From Steroidobacteraceae bacterium (GTDB lineage Bacteria; Pseudomonadota; Gammaproteobacteria; Steroidobacterales; Steroidobacteraceae), in NCBI GenBank assembly GCA_035500015.1, contig DATJXQ010000080.1:1-47160 (forward strand): a stretch of 47,160 nt of DNA, in the 5' to 3' direction. The translations under genes were made by a program, and so were the position numbers. Each line of letters begins with the position of its first letter. Position 1 is the stretch's first letter. Shown piece by piece: positions 45,287 to 47,160 of the stretch. The notes beneath the pieces were generated by a model. That model was not told where the DNA came from and made no database searches. It worked only from the letters and a program-made list of their open reading frames with translations.

Positions 45287-46195
45287 CTACAGCGAAACGG
45301 AGAAGTCCCCATCCTTCGGGTTGATCTCGAAGCGGCCGGCCTGCACGGCCGAGACCCACTTGGTGGTCTTCAGGAAGCCGCCGAAGGCGAACAGGTGCAC
45401 GGATTCGAAATTCGACTGGCCGCTGCCCCTGGCGGCGGCGAGCTGGGTGACCACCTCTTCCGGGCCGCTGTCCTTCAGCAGGCCCGCGATCAGGCTGGCC
45501 TTGCCGCTGGTCAGCGCGCGGATCGAGGCGCCGGCGCCGCAGATCTTGGCGTAGCGCAGCAGCGTCTTGATGCTGGCCGGGCCGCCGAGGCCGGGGCGGA
45601 TGGTGTTGGTGATGCCATTGGCGCGCATCACCTTCTCCCAGGCGATGATGGGCTCGGATTCGAAGCACACCTGGGTGGTGAACTTCAGCTCGAAGCCCAG
45701 CTCCTTCGACAGGGCAACCTTGCGCGCCTCGAACTGGCGCTGCTGCCCGGTGGTCATGTGCGCATGGCCTTCCGGGTGGCCGGCCATGTAGAAAGTCTTC
45801 ATGCCGGCGCGGGTCAGCTCGCCGGTCTCCAGCACGCCGATGGTGGAATCGAACGCACCCTCCGGCTTGGGCATGTCGCCGGCGATCAACAGCATGCGCG
45901 TGGCGCCGGCTTCCTGCGTGAGCTTGTGGGCGATCGCGGCCACTTCGGCGCGATCCTTGATGCGGCGGGCCGGCACATGCGGCACCGGGTTCAGGCCGGC
46001 GTCCTTCACGGCCTTCGCCGCGACCTTCAGGTCGTCCCAGGTCTGGTTGGGAAACAGCGCGATGAAGATGTCCGTACCCTTGGGTACCAGCGTCGCGGCT
46101 TCGGGCAGCGCCTCGGTGTCCTTGCAGGTCATCTCGATCGAGGCATTGTTCAGCAGCGCGCGGATCTCGCCGCTGGTGGCGGTGGTCACGGACAT
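45287..46195 (-). CDS. methylenetetrahydrofolate reductase-family (MTHFR-like) protein
   Basis: 302 aa. TIM-barrel-like pattern (SIEMT..., LLIAGDMPKPEG, YMAGHPEGH, FTTQVCFESEPIIAWEKVMRANGI) resembles the MetF-like proteins of one-carbon/demethylation clusters rather than canonical E. coli-type MetF. Family call is moderate. Confidence 0.55.
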   Translation of the reverse strand: MSVTTATSGEIRALLNNASIEMTCKDTEALPEAATLVPKGTDIFIALFPNQTWDDLKVAAKAVKDAGLNPVPHVPARRIKDRAEVAAIAHKLTQEAGATRMLLIAGDMPKPEGAFDSTIGVLETGELTRAGMKTFYMAGHPEGHAHMTTGQQRQFEARKVALSKELGFELKFTTQVCFESEPIIAWEKVMRANGITNTIRPGLGGPASIKTLLRYAKICGAGASIRALTSGKASLIAGLLKDSGPEEVVTQLAAARGSGQSNFESVHLFAFGGFLKTTKWVSAVQAGRFEINPKDGDFSVSL

Positions 46196-46252
46196 GAGGA
46201 ACGGCTCTCCGTTATCGCGGGGCCGGCATTAGAGCATAGCCGCGGCGGGCCG

Positions 46253-46279
46253 TCATTCGTAGCGCAGCGCGTCGATGGG
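46253..46279 (-). pseudogene. 27-nt relic of the 3' end of a second FtsX/MacB-type permease gene
   Basis: The reverse complement CCC ATC GAC GCG CTG CGC TAC GAA TGA encodes PIDALRYE-stop. This is identical in peptide to the end of the intact permease gene (46301-46327: CCC ATA GAC GCG TTG CGT TAC GAA TAA). 23/27 nt are identical and all 4 differences are silent. Confidence 0.6.
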
Positions 46280-46300
46280 ACGGTGGGGTTAAAAGATCCC

Positions 46301-47160
46301 TTATTCGTAACGCAACGCGTCTATGGGAGCGAGATTGGCCGCCTTGCTGGCCGGCAGGATGCCGAAGATCATGCCGATCAGCATCGAGAACAGGCAGGAG
46401 CCGGCCACGGCCCACCAGGGAATGCTGGGCGGCGGAAAATTGGGGATCAGCGCGGCGATGCCATAGGCCAGCGCGAAGCCCAGCAGCATGCCGATGAGGC
46501 CGCCGATCACGGCCAGCACCATTGCCTCGATCAGGAACTGCAGCAATATGAAACGCCGCGGCGCGCCCAGTGCCTTGGCGATGCCGATCTCGCGGGTCCG
46601 TTCAGTCACTGACACCAGCATGATGTTCATGATGCCGATGCCGCCCACCAGCAGCGATATGCCGACCACGCCGCCCACCACCAGCGTGACCATGCTGGTG
46701 ATCTGCGCAAAGGTCTTGGCGATACTGTCGGAGGCAGAGACCTGGAAGTCGTCCTTGTCGCCGGCCTTGATGCCATGCGCCTGGCGGATCAGAGCGATCA
46801 CGCGCTGCTTCACGTTGTCCACGGCGTCGGGATCGCTGACCACGAAGGTCACCTGGAAATCCGGATTGACCATGGTGCCGGAAAACGCCAGCGCGGTCTG
46901 GTAGGGCATCAGCAGGAACTCGTCGAGGTTCTGGCCGAACACCTCGCCGCGCGGCTCCATCACGCCGATCACCTTGAACCACTCGCTGCCGACCTGCACG
47001 AACTCGCCCTCGGGATGCTCGGGCATTTTCAGATCCTTGCGGATCTGGTCGCCGAGCACCACCACGCGCCGCCCGCTGTCGTTGTCGCTCTGCGTGATGA
47101 AGCGGCCGGTGCGCGGGAACAGCGACTGCACGTCCTGCAGGCTGGAGGTGGTGCCGAAGA
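46301..47160 (-). CDS. ABC transporter permease, MacB/FtsX family; C-terminal part (gene continues past the right edge)
   Basis: MacB periplasmic-domain remnants (RVVVLGDQIRKDL, WFKVIGVM). FtsX domain (VGGIGIMNIMLVSVTERTREIGIAKALGA, ILPASKAANLAPIDALRYE). The reading frame stays open upstream of the track start (47131) to the window end. Confidence 0.88.
   Translation of the reverse strand, partial: FGTTSSLQDVQSLFPRTGRFITQSDNDSGRRVVVLGDQIRKDLKMPEHPEGEFVQVGSEWFKVIGVMEPRGEVFGQNLDEFLLMPYQTALAFSGTMVNPDFQVTFVVSDPDAVDNVKQRVIALIRQAHGIKAGDKDDFQVSASDSIAKTFAQITSMVTLVVGGVVGISLLVGGIGIMNIMLVSVTERTREIGIAKALGAPRRFILLQFLIEAMVLAVIGGLIGMLLGFALAYGIAALIPNFPPPSIPWWAVAGSCLFSMLIGMIFGILPASKAANLAPIDALRYE

Noticed and set aside
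45201-45668. Upstream extension of the response-regulator ORF (44538..45668)
   Set aside because: It overlaps the MTHFR-like gene on the same strand in another frame and has Arg/Pro/Gly-rich composition. The REC domain starts right after the ATG at 45200.

Overview
High-GC (about 65-70% by eye) proteobacterial chromosomal segment. Gene content looks like a Xanthomonadales/Lysobacterales-type gammaproteobacterium (inference only). It is densely coding: I call about 47 protein genes, 1 tRNA-Phe and 3 decayed genes, with no CRISPR array, IS element or integrase. Order left to right: glgP 5' end; lipoprotein+DUF192; small OM barrel; feoA-feoB-(Cys-rich small protein), divergent from a TonB-dependent receptor; fbp; modBC (no modA); SGNH lipase; CNNM/CBS protein; MATE pump; yciH; PCuAC-like protein; ABC-F ATPase; methyltransferase. 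A roughly 19-kb uninterrupted minus-strand block follows (18.2-37.6 kb). It holds a decayed nucleotidyltransferase cassette, ribA, a LigB-type dioxygenase and a two-DTG aspartic protease. Next comes a tight operon of P4H-type oxygenase, two paralogous orphan lipoproteins and a di-haem CCP/MauG-type enzyme. After that are a large lipoprotein phosphoesterase and a metal-uptake supercluster: permease, SBP, OM barrel, small His-rich protein, TonB-dependent receptor, a second near-identical small His-rich protein, and an MFS transporter. The block ends with a methyltransferase and a protealysin-like M4 protease with its emfourin-like inhibitor. Further right: an arylmalonate-decarboxylase-like gene; a lower-GC islet with a frameshifted secreted protein plus an orphan lipoprotein; GT8; OM barrel; tRNA-Phe; yggX-mutY; a NarL-type response regulator; an MTHFR-like gene; and a MacB/FtsX-type permease running off the right edge. 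The most interesting candidates for undescribed biology are three. (1) The CCP/MauG + twin lipoprotein + P4H operon. (2) The duplicated small His-rich proteins, each preceding an outer-membrane channel, in a metal-uptake locus that has no ABC ATPase. (3) The lower-GC two-gene module next to tRNA-Phe. All functional calls come from reading the translated ORFs and recalling family motifs; no database search was run.
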